Shown here piece after piece: positions 8,807 to 18,666 of a stretch of 64,000 bases of DNA. Each line of letters starts with the position of its first letter. Position 1 is the first letter of the stretch. Made by a program: the position numbers and the translations under genes. This DNA comes from an uncultured virus (IMG/VR IMGVR_UViG_3300042399_001449) (lineage: Duplodnaviria; Heunggongvirae; Uroviricota; Caudoviricetes). The stretch lies in the IMG/VR virus record IMGVR_UViG_3300042399_001449; one strand, written 5' to 3'. The notes beneath the pieces are model-generated. The model saw only the letters and a program-made list of their open reading frames with translations, was not told the origin of the DNA and ran no database searches.

Positions 8807-10438
8807 TTAAAGAGTGTTTAACCCGTGTACGTAAACTTTACCGTAGAATTCTGGACGAACTACTTTTTTCGCGTAACGTGTCATAACACCTTTACGTGGA
8901 GTGAAGTTAACTGGATCGTACACTAATGGAGTCATGATCAACGGAATATAAGGACTAAATACTGCACCTGTCTCTAAGAACTGCGCACCTCTGAAGCCCA
9001 TTAATATTACATTTTCTTTCATGTATGGGTTTTTGTAAACTGTGTAACGATTATTAATCGCACCAATTTTTTGAACACCAGCTGCAAATTCCATTTTAGT
9101 ACCGTCTGTGTCAGCAGCAAATCCTGGGATAGACTCAAGAATTGTAGCTACTGCTGGACTTGTTACTAAGAAGTTAGCACCACCACGTAATGTTTTTTGG
9201 TGAATTTTGTTAGATACTTTTTGAAGTTTAGTACCTAAAGTTTGGAACCAACCACCTTGAGTGTTGTAGAATCCAGCACCAGTTGAATCAGTTTGAGTAA
9301 AACCAGTTCCGTTCCATACGTTGTTGTTTTTAGCTGACCAATACTCAGTTGTTGGAGCTGCTGCGATCAACATATCTAAGATCTCTAAATCGATTTCCAT
9401 AGAAACGTATTCAGACAACATAGAAGTTAATTCTGCTTCAGCATCAATTGAATGGTAAGCGTTCAAATCTTGAGCAAACTCTGGAGTCCAAACTGCTTTC
9501 AATTTACGTGTTTTAGCAACGATTGGCTCTGATTGCATTTCCAAGTTGATTTCTGGAATGTCGATGTCAGCATTATATCCGTTACCGTAAGCTGTTTTAT
9601 CTTCAAAGTCACCACGAGTGATATCAGTTGGTTGTTTGCTATATGCTACTGAATACAATGTTGTTCCGCTCATACCTGCTGATTTAGATACGAAGAACTC
9701 AATATTACCAGTTGCTGTGTTGAATTTTGTAAATGCTGGAACATTCATTGCTGCAGTTACATTTGAACCTGAAGTTAATACGAATGAACGAACTGCGTTT
9801 AAGTCTGGAGAAGTTAATGAACCTGTTGATACATAAACAACTGTATATCCTGCTAAGTTTGCTGTATAATCTGAATCAAAATTAACTGACCCTGATCCTG
9901 CTGAAGCAGCAGAAGCTGTAGTTGCAGCAACACCTGTTGCAGATACATCATTTAAAGTGTATCCGAAACGACCCGCACCATAAAGACCTCCTGATGGATC
10001 ACCTGATGTAGTTGTAACACCAAATAATGAATCATCAGCATTTGGAGAACTAAATGGATCACCTGTTCTGTCGTTGTTATCTGCATCAAATCCAGCTTGA
10101 GCTGTACCATATTTAAAATCTAAATAGAAAATAAGTCCTGATGGTAAGTTCATTGGTTGAACTGATACGAATTCTTTAGCTGCAAATTCAGCAAAAATAC
10201 GACGTACCAATGGCAAAGCCACACCAGCCCACTCTTCAGATCCAGCTGTTGTACCTGTTGAAGTTGCTTCTTTTACTAATTGACGTGCTTGGTTTTCAAG
10301 CAATTGCGCCATACCTGCTTTTTCAGTCTCAGATCTAAGACCTTCTAATAATCCTGTCTTCTCCCATTTAGAAACTGCTAATTTAGCATTGTTTCTTTGA
10401 ACGAAGTCATTTGTTTGTAATAAGTTTGAAATACTCAT
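8807..10438 (-). CDS. gp23: Major capsid protein (T4 gp23-like)
   Basis: PLVRR...VSVQPMNLPSGLIF, AKTRKLKAVWTPEFAQDL...DAEAEL, PYIPL...FTPRKGVMTRY motifs. Confidence 0.97.
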   Translation of the reverse strand: MSISNLLQTNDFVQRNNAKLAVSKWEKTGLLEGLRSETEKAGMAQLLENQARQLVKEATSTGTTAGSEEWAGVALPLVRRIFAEFAAKEFVSVQPMNLPSGLIFYLDFKYGTAQAGFDADNNDRTGDPFSSPNADDSLFGVTTTSGDPSGGLYGAGRFGYTLNDVSATGVAATTASAASAGSGSVNFDSDYTANLAGYTVVYVSTGSLTSPDLNAVRSFVLTSGSNVTAAMNVPAFTKFNTATGNIEFFVSKSAGMSGTTLYSVAYSKQPTDITRGDFEDKTAYGNGYNADIDIPEINLEMQSEPIVAKTRKLKAVWTPEFAQDLNAYHSIDAEAELTSMLSEYVSMEIDLEILDMLIAAAPTTEYWSAKNNNVWNGTGFTQTDSTGAGFYNTQGGWFQTLGTKLQKVSNKIHQKTLRGGANFLVTSPAVATILESIPGFAADTDGTKMEFAAGVQKIGAINNRYTVYKNPYMKENVILMGFRGAQFLETGAVFSPYIPLIMTPLVYDPVNFTPRKGVMTRYAKKVVRPEFYGKVYVHGLNTL

Positions 10439-10463
10439 TTTTCGTTTTCCTTTTTTTTTAATT

Positions 10464-11468
10464 TTATAGCAATCCTGCTAATTTTTTCCATCTGTTAGCT
10501 AATTCAAATCCTTCAGATAAAACTTGTGTTGTTTCTTTCTTAGGTGCTGTCGTTGCTGTTGCTTTCGATGCATAAGATTCTTTAACTACACGTTTTTTAC
10601 TTGGACGGTTGAATGATTCAGCTAAAGTACTAAATACTAATTTTACTTCTCTTGTGTTTCCAGCTCTGTCAAAGTTTTCAATTACTTTCATTTTTTGACC
10701 TTCTGTCAACTCAAAATTGCGGAACAATTTGTTTGTGTAAAGAAGTTTTGCATTTAACAAGTTAACTTCGTTGATGATAGATTTAAGTTGACGTACTGTA
10801 TTATACGCTTCTTCTAACTCTTCTTTCATTGCTTCAACTTCACCAGTTTCGTCTTGTACAGATACATCACCTTCTTCTTCTTCACGTAGGATTGATTCAA
10901 TGATTTCGTCGATGTTTAAGTCATCAGCTTCTTCAGTGTAATCACCTTCCATCATCGGATCTTCTAATTCAAATTCATCTTCTTCCATCATTGGCTCTTC
11001 TGGTTCTTCTAAGTCACCTTCTAACTCGCGAATGATTGCTTCAAGATTAAGATCTTCATCAGATTCTTCATATCCTTCGTTGTACTCTTCCTCAGGGTTT
11101 TCAGCTGGCATATCTTCTGCTGGCATTTCTTCTGCCGGCATATCTTCGCCTTCTTCGTTACCCATTGGTTCATTAGACATAATGTCAAACTCATCAAATT
11201 CTCCGTCACCATCAACGTCGATTGATAAATCTCCAACATCTGTCCCTAATTCGTCTTCAGCGCCTGCTGCACCCATATCATCCATTGCTGGTTCTTCAGC
11301 TGGTACTTCTTCTTCACTATCAAGTTCATTCTCGATTTGATCAGAGATCATACGTTGGATTCTTGGGGCAAATGCTTCTTGAAGAGCGATCTTTGCGTTT
11401 GCTAATGCAGTTTCTTTAACAGCACGAGCATCTGCGATTGCTTCTTTTAGCAAATCTGATTTTGCCAT
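10464..11468 (-). CDS. Prohead core / scaffolding protein (gp22-like)
   Basis: Very acidic, coiled-coil, many LxE sites; directly upstream of the major capsid gene. Confidence 0.8.
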   Translation of the reverse strand: MAKSDLLKEAIADARAVKETALANAKIALQEAFAPRIQRMISDQIENELDSEEEVPAEEPAMDDMGAAGAEDELGTDVGDLSIDVDGDGEFDEFDIMSNEPMGNEEGEDMPAEEMPAEDMPAENPEEEYNEGYEESDEDLNLEAIIRELEGDLEEPEEPMMEEDEFELEDPMMEGDYTEEADDLNIDEIIESILREEEEGDVSVQDETGEVEAMKEELEEAYNTVRQLKSIINEVNLLNAKLLYTNKLFRNFELTEGQKMKVIENFDRAGNTREVKLVFSTLAESFNRPSKKRVVKESYASKATATTAPKKETTQVLSEGFELANRWKKLAGLL

Positions 11469-11499
11469 AAGTTTACTCCTTAAATTTGTTTTTTGGAAA

Positions 11500-11585
11500 T
11501 AAGATTATTCGGAATCTTAATAGAATATTTTAATTTTTTCTAGACGCTATATAATAGGTTGGAATAGCGTATTCTAAAATAAATA
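11500..11585 (-). promoter_or_regulatory. Late motif (11578-11585) plus structured 5' leader of the scaffold-capsid operon
   Basis: Inverted repeats TAAGATT/AATCTTA (11500-11519), TAGAATA/TATTCTA and ACGCTAT/ATAGCGT (11521-11576). Confidence 0.5.
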
Positions 11586-11603
11586 TAGACAAGTTTGAAA
11601 AAC

Positions 11604-11639
11604 CAGTAAAAAAGCCCCAACTTATTAGGAAGGGGCTTT
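11604..11639 (-). terminator. Intrinsic terminator after bS21; identical copy at 55499..55534
   Basis: AAAGCCCC-TTCCTAATAAGTT-GGGGCTTTTTTACTG on the minus strand. Confidence 0.9.
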
Positions 11640-11660
11640 AATAATTAATTAAATTAATTT

Positions 11661-11906
11661 TTATTTAGAATGCAAATCTCTTACCATTTGCATGAATGCC
11701 GCATCTTGTAGTTGTTTGCGACGTTTAACTCCTGGTTTGATAAATTCACGTCTGTCTTTAACTTCTTCTAAGATGTTTGCTGATTTTACTTTTCGTTTCC
11801 ACGCCTTAAGTGCATGTGCTAAATCTTCTCTCGTTGATCCGATAACTTTAACTGCTAATGCATTTCCTGGCACAATTTGTTGATGTTGTTTTTGTTTTTT
11901 ACTCAT
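11661..11906 (-). CDS. rpsU: Phage-encoded ribosomal protein bS21
   Basis: ALKAWKRKVKSANILEEVKDRREFIKPGVKRR matches the bS21 pattern ALxxFKRK...E.R.R..F/YxKP; location among head genes as known for bS21 phages. Confidence 0.88.
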   Translation of the reverse strand: MSKKQKQHQQIVPGNALAVKVIGSTREDLAHALKAWKRKVKSANILEEVKDRREFIKPGVKRRKQLQDAAFMQMVRDLHSK

Positions 11907-11925
11907 ATAACTTGTTTAAAATTTA

Positions 11926-12375
11926 TTACATTTCTATTGATGGTCTTTGTTTCTTTGTAGGACGTTGTGAACGTACATTGAATCTAAAATGTTTTACACT
12001 TGGTAATTGTGAAACATAGCCTTGTATTTTTTGTGATTCTCGTGCTGGGTCTTCTCCTAATCTAAAATAAAAATATCCTACAGTTCCTGATTTTGAAATC
12101 TTTTTGCTGATAATAGTAAATCCTTTTTTCTCTGCCCATTGTTGAATGTCATTGGCTACTACTTGTGCTTGTGCTGCGTCATATATAACATATTCTACGC
12201 CTCCTCGGTAATCAGTCATATGATTAATAAGTTGAGCTTCATCAACTAATTTCACATCTAATCCTTTTTTTGCTAATTCCTCAGCCTTTGCAGGATCTTT
12301 AACTGATATACTTCCTTTTACTGCTTGTTCAGTTAATCCAAAAAATTCTTTATATAATTTTTTTAGTTTATTCAT
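11926..12375 (-). CDS. Hypothetical protein (possible head protein)
   Basis: ORF track; N-terminus MNKLKKLYKEFFGLTEQ resembles the shared leader. Confidence 0.7.
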   Translation of the reverse strand: MNKLKKLYKEFFGLTEQAVKGSISVKDPAKAEELAKKGLDVKLVDEAQLINHMTDYRGGVEYVIYDAAQAQVVANDIQQWAEKKGFTIISKKISKSGTVGYFYFRLGEDPARESQKIQGYVSQLPSVKHFRFNVRSQRPTKKQRPSIEM

Positions 12376-12386
12376 TTTATACCTTT

Positions 12387-12415
12387 AATATAAAAAATAT
12401 TAGTTAATTATCCAA
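12387..12415 (-). promoter_or_regulatory. Sigma70-like promoter TTGGAT-N17-TATATT
   Basis: Exact 17-nt spacer; one of eight similar sites; upstream of 12375 and bS21. Confidence 0.6.
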
Positions 12416-12416
12416 A

Positions 12417-12791
12417 TTAATTAACGTCGAAGTATTTATTTAAACCTTGTGCAATGTCTTCATAAGCTGCACTTAAACGTTGTTGCAATTGACTCATTTC
12501 TTTTGCAGTTGCTTCAAATACACGATATGAATCATTCAAGTTTTTCATGTGACGTTTAACTGTTACATTATCAAACCAATCTCCAGCTTCAGTTGTAATT
12601 TGTTCTGCTTTGTTGATCATGTCTTTAACTCGGTCCGTTAAATTTTGAAGATCGCCTCTACCATAAACAGAATCACCCATTTCGCTGAAACGTTTTACTT
12701 GATCTAAAAACTCTTGTTTTTCTTCTTTAGATAATGGCTGTGGTTGATCTTCATTGATCATTTCCAAAATATATTTTAAGTTGCTTTTCAT
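12417..12791 (-). CDS. Hypothetical protein (head region, coiled-coil)
   Basis: Track ORF 12417..12815; MKSNLKYILEMINED start at 12791 avoids overlap with the protease. Confidence 0.7.
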   Translation of the reverse strand: MKSNLKYILEMINEDQPQPLSKEEKQEFLDQVKRFSEMGDSVYGRGDLQNLTDRVKDMINKAEQITTEAGDWFDNVTVKRHMKNLNDSYRVFEATAKEMSQLQQRLSAAYEDIAQGLNKYFDVN

Positions 12792-12795
12792 CTTA

Positions 12796-13422
12796 TTATA
12801 TTCTACATTTACCATCTTCGCATAAAATCGAAGTTATAAGGCTGTTTACTTTATTATATTTATTTGTGGTATTCATTTTACCAACTGATTCGTGCATGTG
12901 CGTAGGACGCATAAAAGCCCCATGTGTAGAAGGATTAGATACGAAGTCCCAACAAATTAATTCAAAGTCTTCTTGAACTTCAACAGCACCTTCGTTTCTA
13001 AGTTCTTTAACAGATCCTAAACCGCGGGATGAAATACCTAATGTAATTCCAGCTTTAAAAAGTTCTTTAAGAATTTTACCTGACGGAGTTTCTAAAATTT
13101 GAACTGCTCCTTTTAAATCATCACCTTCCCACCATATTTTTAAAATGTTATGAGAAACGTTGTTCAAGTTAACAACTGATGATTCTGGATGATCTAACTC
13201 GCCTAATGCTCTATGTTGATCAATATATTCTTTTTGATAACGTACACATTCACGCATCAATATATTTTTTGGATAAATTCTTCCGTTTTGATTCTTAGCA
13301 CCAGCACGTTGTAAAACACCTTGCACTACAAAACCACCCGGAACGCCATATGCAGCACCGCTTGTTTCATTTAATGAACCAATTGGTTTAAATTGCATAT
13401 ATTCTACTAATAATTTTGACAT
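12796..13422 (-). CDS. gp21: Prohead protease (T4 gp21-like)
   Basis: KNQNGRIYP, ALGELDHP, VSH, TPSGKIL, GISSRGLGS, DFVSNPS motifs. Confidence 0.95.
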   Translation of the reverse strand: MSKLLVEYMQFKPIGSLNETSGAAYGVPGGFVVQGVLQRAGAKNQNGRIYPKNILMRECVRYQKEYIDQHRALGELDHPESSVVNLNNVSHNILKIWWEGDDLKGAVQILETPSGKILKELFKAGITLGISSRGLGSVKELRNEGAVEVQEDFELICWDFVSNPSTHGAFMRPTHMHESVGKMNTTNKYNKVNSLITSILCEDGKCRI

Positions 13423-13423
13423 C

Positions 13424-13912
13424 TTACTCCCCTAATGATCTTACTCGTTCTGATATTTTAATTAATCGCTCTGATATTTTATTTAGTGCTTTTGAGGTAC
13501 TTGGACCATATTCAGACGATGCAATTCCAGATTCTGTTTTTAATCTAGTATTGTATTGCACTAATGTTTCAATTTCATGAAGCTTCTTTGCAATTTCTTT
13601 AATTGTATTTTTTACTTTATGTGATGGTTTAACATCACCTTTTTTAAAGTCTCGATACCCTTCGATAATTGCTAAATATTTTTGTTCCATTGCTTCTTCA
13701 ACTTTTTTATATCCTAGTTGTTCAGCTGTTTTGTCATTTGTTTTTTTAGCAAATGCCTTAGGAGTATTAAATCCAGCAATAGCACCTGTTACATTTTGTT
13801 CGTCAATTTCATCATTACAAATACATTTATCTGATGGACGATCACATCCATCACAATAATCATTTTCTATTTCTTGAAACTTTTCTTTCATTTCTCTTAA
13901 TAGTGATTTCAT
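13424..13912 (-). CDS. Hypothetical head-region protein
   Basis: ORF between portal and protease; MKSLLRE N-terminus and IDE/Q site. Confidence 0.7.
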   Translation of the reverse strand: MKSLLREMKEKFQEIENDYCDGCDRPSDKCICNDEIDEQNVTGAIAGFNTPKAFAKKTNDKTAEQLGYKKVEEAMEQKYLAIIEGYRDFKKGDVKPSHKVKNTIKEIAKKLHEIETLVQYNTRLKTESGIASSEYGPSTSKALNKISERLIKISERVRSLGE

Positions 13913-14760
13913 TAATGGATCTCCTTTAATTCTCGAACTAAATCAAAATAACGTAACAATGATAACACGTGTGATTCTTTAATTGTCTTCATTGATTCTA
14001 CATTACAAAGCATTTCTGACAATTTAGATACTTTTATTTTTGTTGCTGCATCTGTTATAGATTTTGCTTGTTCTGCTAGATCAGCTTTAATTTTCGGAAT
14101 AATTGTTTGTACATATTCACGTAAAGCTGCTGTGTCATTAACGTGTGTAATATACTTATTCAACAATTGCTTTTGTGATTCGTCTAATCCAGAATATTTT
14201 TCATTGAATTTATCAACTAATATTTTATATGACAATAAACGCATATCTTTTGGTTGAGATTCAAATGCTTCAATTAACGCATCTTTTTTAGGTTGAGCAC
14301 GTTCAGTAATAATACCATGGTCAATGATTGCTGTTTTGCACTCCATTAATTGTTTTGGATTATCTGTCTCAGTATGTTCAAATATCATATTAATTGAAGC
14401 AAGTACTTTGTAGTTATTGATATGCATTTTTGCCATATTTGTAAATACAAACTTTTCTGATATTTCTTTTACTAGATTATATCGTTGACGTTTCAATACG
14501 CTTTGGTTCAATTTATCATATGCAGACTTAACAGTACGTATATAATCTAATGCTTGAGCTTCACTTCTAAACTGTTCTTTAATTAAAGAATTGTATAGTT
14601 GCAGTTCTTTTGATAATTCAGTATTTCTACCAAAGTATTTTTTAATAATATCAATGGTTACTGATTTATTTGATGTTAATGTCTCTGAAGTTAATTTTCT
14701 AACCAACATTTCAAATAAAATACCCGTATTTTTATATTTTGAATGTTTTAATTTCTTCAT
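13912..14760 (-). CDS. Hypothetical head-region protein
   Basis: 282 aa helical ORF downstream of portal; late-motif variant at 14786-14793. Confidence 0.75.
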   Translation of the reverse strand: MKKLKHSKYKNTGILFEMLVRKLTSETLTSNKSVTIDIIKKYFGRNTELSKELQLYNSLIKEQFRSEAQALDYIRTVKSAYDKLNQSVLKRQRYNLVKEISEKFVFTNMAKMHINNYKVLASINMIFEHTETDNPKQLMECKTAIIDHGIITERAQPKKDALIEAFESQPKDMRLLSYKILVDKFNEKYSGLDESQKQLLNKYITHVNDTAALREYVQTIIPKIKADLAEQAKSITDAATKIKVSKLSEMLCNVESMKTIKESHVLSLLRYFDLVRELKEIH

Positions 14761-14802
14761 GTTCTATACGATGCCTTGTGTTTTTAATAAATATGTTTCT
14801 AA

Positions 14803-16647
14803 TTATAAAATGTTGTTTTCGTCTAACATTGTGCCAGCATCTTTATCAGCATCACGCTTCTTTTTAGAATTTAATGATTCAGTGATAATACTAACGCTCT
14901 TATTTTTAGATTTTAAATGTTTCAAAATATTATGATTTTCAACAGCAACTGATCCTGCCATCTTTTTAAATTTAGGATCTGGTTGGAATGTTGTTTTTTG
15001 GTTTTCTGGTTTAAATGCTTGTTTTAAACCTTTAGCCCCTGTAGGATCCCAACCCATTTGGTTTTTATGTTGTCCAAATTTAATTCCTTCTTTCGGACGT
15101 CCACCTAAATCTTTGTCTTCAACTTCATCACTACTCATATGCATTGATGCTAAATCGTGTGGCGTTCCAAATGAAACCCCAGTTACTGATGGATCATTTC
15201 CTTCTTGTTCAATTTGGTTTTGTCGGAATCGTAATTTTAAATCTTCTACAACGTCTGTTCTTTCTTGTAGCCATTGTTCCTCTGACATATTGAATATATA
15301 TTCATAAATGTATCTGTCAGAAACTAATTTACTGTCTTTCATTGCAGTTGCTAATGTCATTTTTTCAGTCATTAATGCAACTTTTTGCTGATCGTAAATA
15401 ATAGATGGTGCTGTTAATTCTAATTCAAATCCAACTAAATCTTCGCCTTCAAATCCTTGTGAATATAAATGCACAATTGCAATCTTAACTAGTTCAGACG
15501 TCACAATTTTTTGTACACGCTCAATTGTTCTAGCAAAACGAATATCCATTGATGCTAAAGTACTTTTACCTTCAACTGCTTCAGAATATCCTAAGAATGG
15601 TGCTGGTATTTTAAGTGCAGCCATCATCTTTGTTCTGATATATTCAATATCATCCATTCCGGTAAAAGTCATTCCCGGCAATGTGTCAATTGTTGTAGAT
15701 GATTGACCTCCACGAACTGGCAAATAATAATCTTCTAGCATATTGCTAAGATTGAACTTTAAATTATAATTTCCTGTGTTCGGATCGATATGTGGAATCT
15801 TTTTCATTTTATTGATAATTCCTTCCATAAATGAATCAACTTCATTTGTAGGAATATTACCAATATCAATTTTAAAAATACGTTTTTCAGGCGCACGCAT
15901 AATTCTATGAATAAGCATTGCGTCTTCCATCATCATTAATTTTTGGAATTCTTTACGAGCTCCTTCTAACATTGATCTACCATATGGTAAAAAGTTAGAA
16001 TCTGATAACATACGGAAATGTGCTATTTCGAACACATCATATGTCATTTGTTCTGAAGCAATATTTTTGAATTTAATATCATATTCACCAGTTGCTTCAT
16101 TATATTCTTCCCAACGTTCCATTTCGTAGCTAGAAAACGGACGAGCATTTAATATTCCTACTTCATCAGCAATATCTAATTTTAAAAAGAAATCACCATA
16201 TTTCACCATATTTCTAATCCAAGTCCATAAATTGAACTCAATATTTAAAATATCATAAAATAAATTGTAAAGGATTTTTTGTACTTGAGTGTTATTTGTT
16301 TTAATTGTTAGAATTTCTCCAAACTGATCTGCTAATGTAGATTCATCTGAATAAATGTCTAATGCAGAACTAATAATTGGATCTTTATCCATCATTTCAT
16401 AATCTGCATACAATTGCATACGATTCTGGTGCATGTAATAGTTAGAATCATATCCGCCCATTCCACCTACTCGATGCTTATTTGCTCCATGTAGTCTAGT
16501 ATATCTATCTGCTACTTTACTTTGACCTAAGTTACCAACTGATTGTAAACGATTGGTATCAACTATTCTAAGTTGATCTTTTCCATACGCTCTAACAATT
16601 ACGTTAGTACTAAAAAGGTTTTGTAGTCGTTTTCTTAATGACGCCAT
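14803..16647 (-). CDS. gp20: Portal protein (T4 gp20-like)
   Basis: EDAMLIHRIMRAPEKRIFKIDIGN, MLEDYYLPVRGG, IDTLPG, ALKIP, DIRFARTI motifs. Confidence 0.97.
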   Translation of the reverse strand: MASLRKRLQNLFSTNVIVRAYGKDQLRIVDTNRLQSVGNLGQSKVADRYTRLHGANKHRVGGMGGYDSNYYMHQNRMQLYADYEMMDKDPIISSALDIYSDESTLADQFGEILTIKTNNTQVQKILYNLFYDILNIEFNLWTWIRNMVKYGDFFLKLDIADEVGILNARPFSSYEMERWEEYNEATGEYDIKFKNIASEQMTYDVFEIAHFRMLSDSNFLPYGRSMLEGARKEFQKLMMMEDAMLIHRIMRAPEKRIFKIDIGNIPTNEVDSFMEGIINKMKKIPHIDPNTGNYNLKFNLSNMLEDYYLPVRGGQSSTTIDTLPGMTFTGMDDIEYIRTKMMAALKIPAPFLGYSEAVEGKSTLASMDIRFARTIERVQKIVTSELVKIAIVHLYSQGFEGEDLVGFELELTAPSIIYDQQKVALMTEKMTLATAMKDSKLVSDRYIYEYIFNMSEEQWLQERTDVVEDLKLRFRQNQIEQEGNDPSVTGVSFGTPHDLASMHMSSDEVEDKDLGGRPKEGIKFGQHKNQMGWDPTGAKGLKQAFKPENQKTTFQPDPKFKKMAGSVAVENHNILKHLKSKNKSVSIITESLNSKKKRDADKDAGTMLDENNIL

Positions 16648-16694
16648 ATTATATATCTTTTTTTATATAAATATATCTAAGTATAGATCAGTGG

Positions 16695-18275
16695 CTATTT
16701 AATAAGCCACGTTAGGCCTTCATTACCGAAACCGGTATCCCAATCCCAACCGGTATTTTGGTTTTTGCTATTTCCTGTGTAAATAACTGTATTAGATTTT
16801 TGGAATGATGATAATGCTTTTTTATTTAATTCAATTCCTTGTTGACGTAGTTTTAAAGTTGAGTCGCGAAGCCAAAGTCCAATACAGAATGACATTACTA
16901 AGTCATCGTTATAGCCTTGTTGTGCTTGTGCTTTCCCATTTAACCATACAAATACCAATAGCTCTTGTATTAATCTCTTACTACGAATAATAGGTGTTTT
17001 TTCACGCATATACATTTCTAATGCTGAAATCATTAATGGACGTGTACGTGTTGTAGTTGATACTCCCGGAACCATTTGGCTCTTATCTTTCATATCATAA
17101 CCTTTTTTCAATTGCACATCAGCATCTGTATATCCATCATCTTTATATGTATAATGTAAATTAGGATAACCTCTATCTAATGCTGGTTGAATTGCTGCCC
17201 AACCAATGTTTGCATTTTCAATTGCTAGCAATGCATTGTTCCATTCTGTTGCAACTGTTACAAGCATTTGGCCAAATTCATTAGGAGGAATTTTTCCTTT
17301 ATACTCAGCAACTTGTCGTACATCTTGAACATCAAAAACATGAAATGCAGAATAATCTCCTCCATCACCACGTGCGACGTCAGCTACTACTAAATAGTCA
17401 CGTTGATAATCTGGATATTCCCACACCCAATAGTTTCCATCGAAACCTCGTCTTTCAATTGGATCTGAAGTTTGTTCATCATATTCTAATAATAACGGAC
17501 CGTCAACTACAGTATGTCCTGAACTAACAAAGTCACAATCACATTCTTGAGCAGCTCCACGTTCGCCTAATAATTTAGTTTGTTCATCTCGCCAATCTTG
17601 ATCGCGTTCTGGATGTACTGTCCAATGTAGTTTAACTGTATGGAATCCGTTAATATTTGCTTCAGCATCAGCCCATGTTTGATGAAACCAGTTACCAACC
17701 CCGTTAGGAGTTGATAATACTATAGCACCCCCACCCGTTGATAATGTTGCTTGCGATGCAATCCATATTTCTTCAATATTACGAATAAACGCAGCCTCAT
17801 CAACTATTAATAATGATAATGCTTCTGAACGTGCTCCAGTACCTGCTGATGATACTGCTTTAATTTGTGAGCCGTTTTTAAATTTTAAAGATAGTTTATT
17901 GTCTGCTTCAACAGATCCTTTTAACCAACTCGGTAAATTGTCGTGCATGACACGAACTTTTGTTACTAAGTTTTTTGCTACTTCTTGTGTTGTTGCAATA
18001 ACTAAAACGTTGAAGTCTTCCGCAAATAGCATTGACCAAAGAGCAAACCCAGCTGCTAATGTTGATATACCTAACTGACGTGATTTTAATATTACATTGT
18101 AACGATTATCACGCAATTCTGTTAATGAATCTTCCTGAAATGGGAAAAGGTTAAATTTAATCTTTCCTCGCTTAGGGTGTTGGATATAACAATAATTACG
18201 CATAAAAAATACAGGATCTTTAGCACACATCATGTACTGTTGCTGTATTATTTGTTTTATGCTAGGTTGACTCAT
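16695..18275 (-). CDS. gp17: Terminase large subunit (T4 gp17-like)
   Basis: KSRQLGIST Walker A, LIVDEAAF Walker B, STPNG, DVARGDGGDYS and DDLVMS nuclease motifs. Confidence 0.97.
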   Translation of the reverse strand: MSQPSIKQIIQQQYMMCAKDPVFFMRNYCYIQHPKRGKIKFNLFPFQEDSLTELRDNRYNVILKSRQLGISTLAAGFALWSMLFAEDFNVLVIATTQEVAKNLVTKVRVMHDNLPSWLKGSVEADNKLSLKFKNGSQIKAVSSAGTGARSEALSLLIVDEAAFIRNIEEIWIASQATLSTGGGAIVLSTPNGVGNWFHQTWADAEANINGFHTVKLHWTVHPERDQDWRDEQTKLLGERGAAQECDCDFVSSGHTVVDGPLLLEYDEQTSDPIERRGFDGNYWVWEYPDYQRDYLVVADVARGDGGDYSAFHVFDVQDVRQVAEYKGKIPPNEFGQMLVTVATEWNNALLAIENANIGWAAIQPALDRGYPNLHYTYKDDGYTDADVQLKKGYDMKDKSQMVPGVSTTTRTRPLMISALEMYMREKTPIIRSKRLIQELLVFVWLNGKAQAQQGYNDDLVMSFCIGLWLRDSTLKLRQQGIELNKKALSSFQKSNTVIYTGNSKNQNTGWDWDTGFGNEGLTWLIK

Positions 18276-18279
18276 AACG

Positions 18280-18666
18280 TTATTTTAATAATCGGTCTAT
18301 GAATACTCCACCAACGAAGCCCATTCCTAACCAAAGATATTTGTTATTATACCATTTGTTTGTTATGCGTTCTTTTTCAACATATAAGTTGATATTTTCT
18401 TGAAGTAAACTAGTTTGTTGTTTTTGATATGCAATTTGTGTAGAATCTAGTTTAATCATTTCTTTTTGTTTTTCGATTAAACTTTTGTATTCTGGAATTA
18501 GTTCATCATTAATATCACATACAGCAAATAAAGAATCAATTGTAAATGAAATGTCTTTAATTTCTTGTTGAGTAAAACATGTATCAGGTACAACTTTAGC
18601 TTTAGCTTTTTGTGAAAAACTAATTGCTGGAATTATTAAACATAATATGATTAAGAACTTTTTCAT
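18280..18666 (-). CDS. Exported coiled-coil protein with C-terminal membrane anchor (possible spanin component)
   Basis: Signal peptide MKKFLIILCLIIPAISFSQ, coiled coil, C-terminal hydrophobic WLGMGFVGGVFI. Confidence 0.5.
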   Translation of the reverse strand: MKKFLIILCLIIPAISFSQKAKAKVVPDTCFTQQEIKDISFTIDSLFAVCDINDELIPEYKSLIEKQKEMIKLDSTQIAYQKQQTSLLQENINLYVEKERITNKWYNNKYLWLGMGFVGGVFIDRLLK

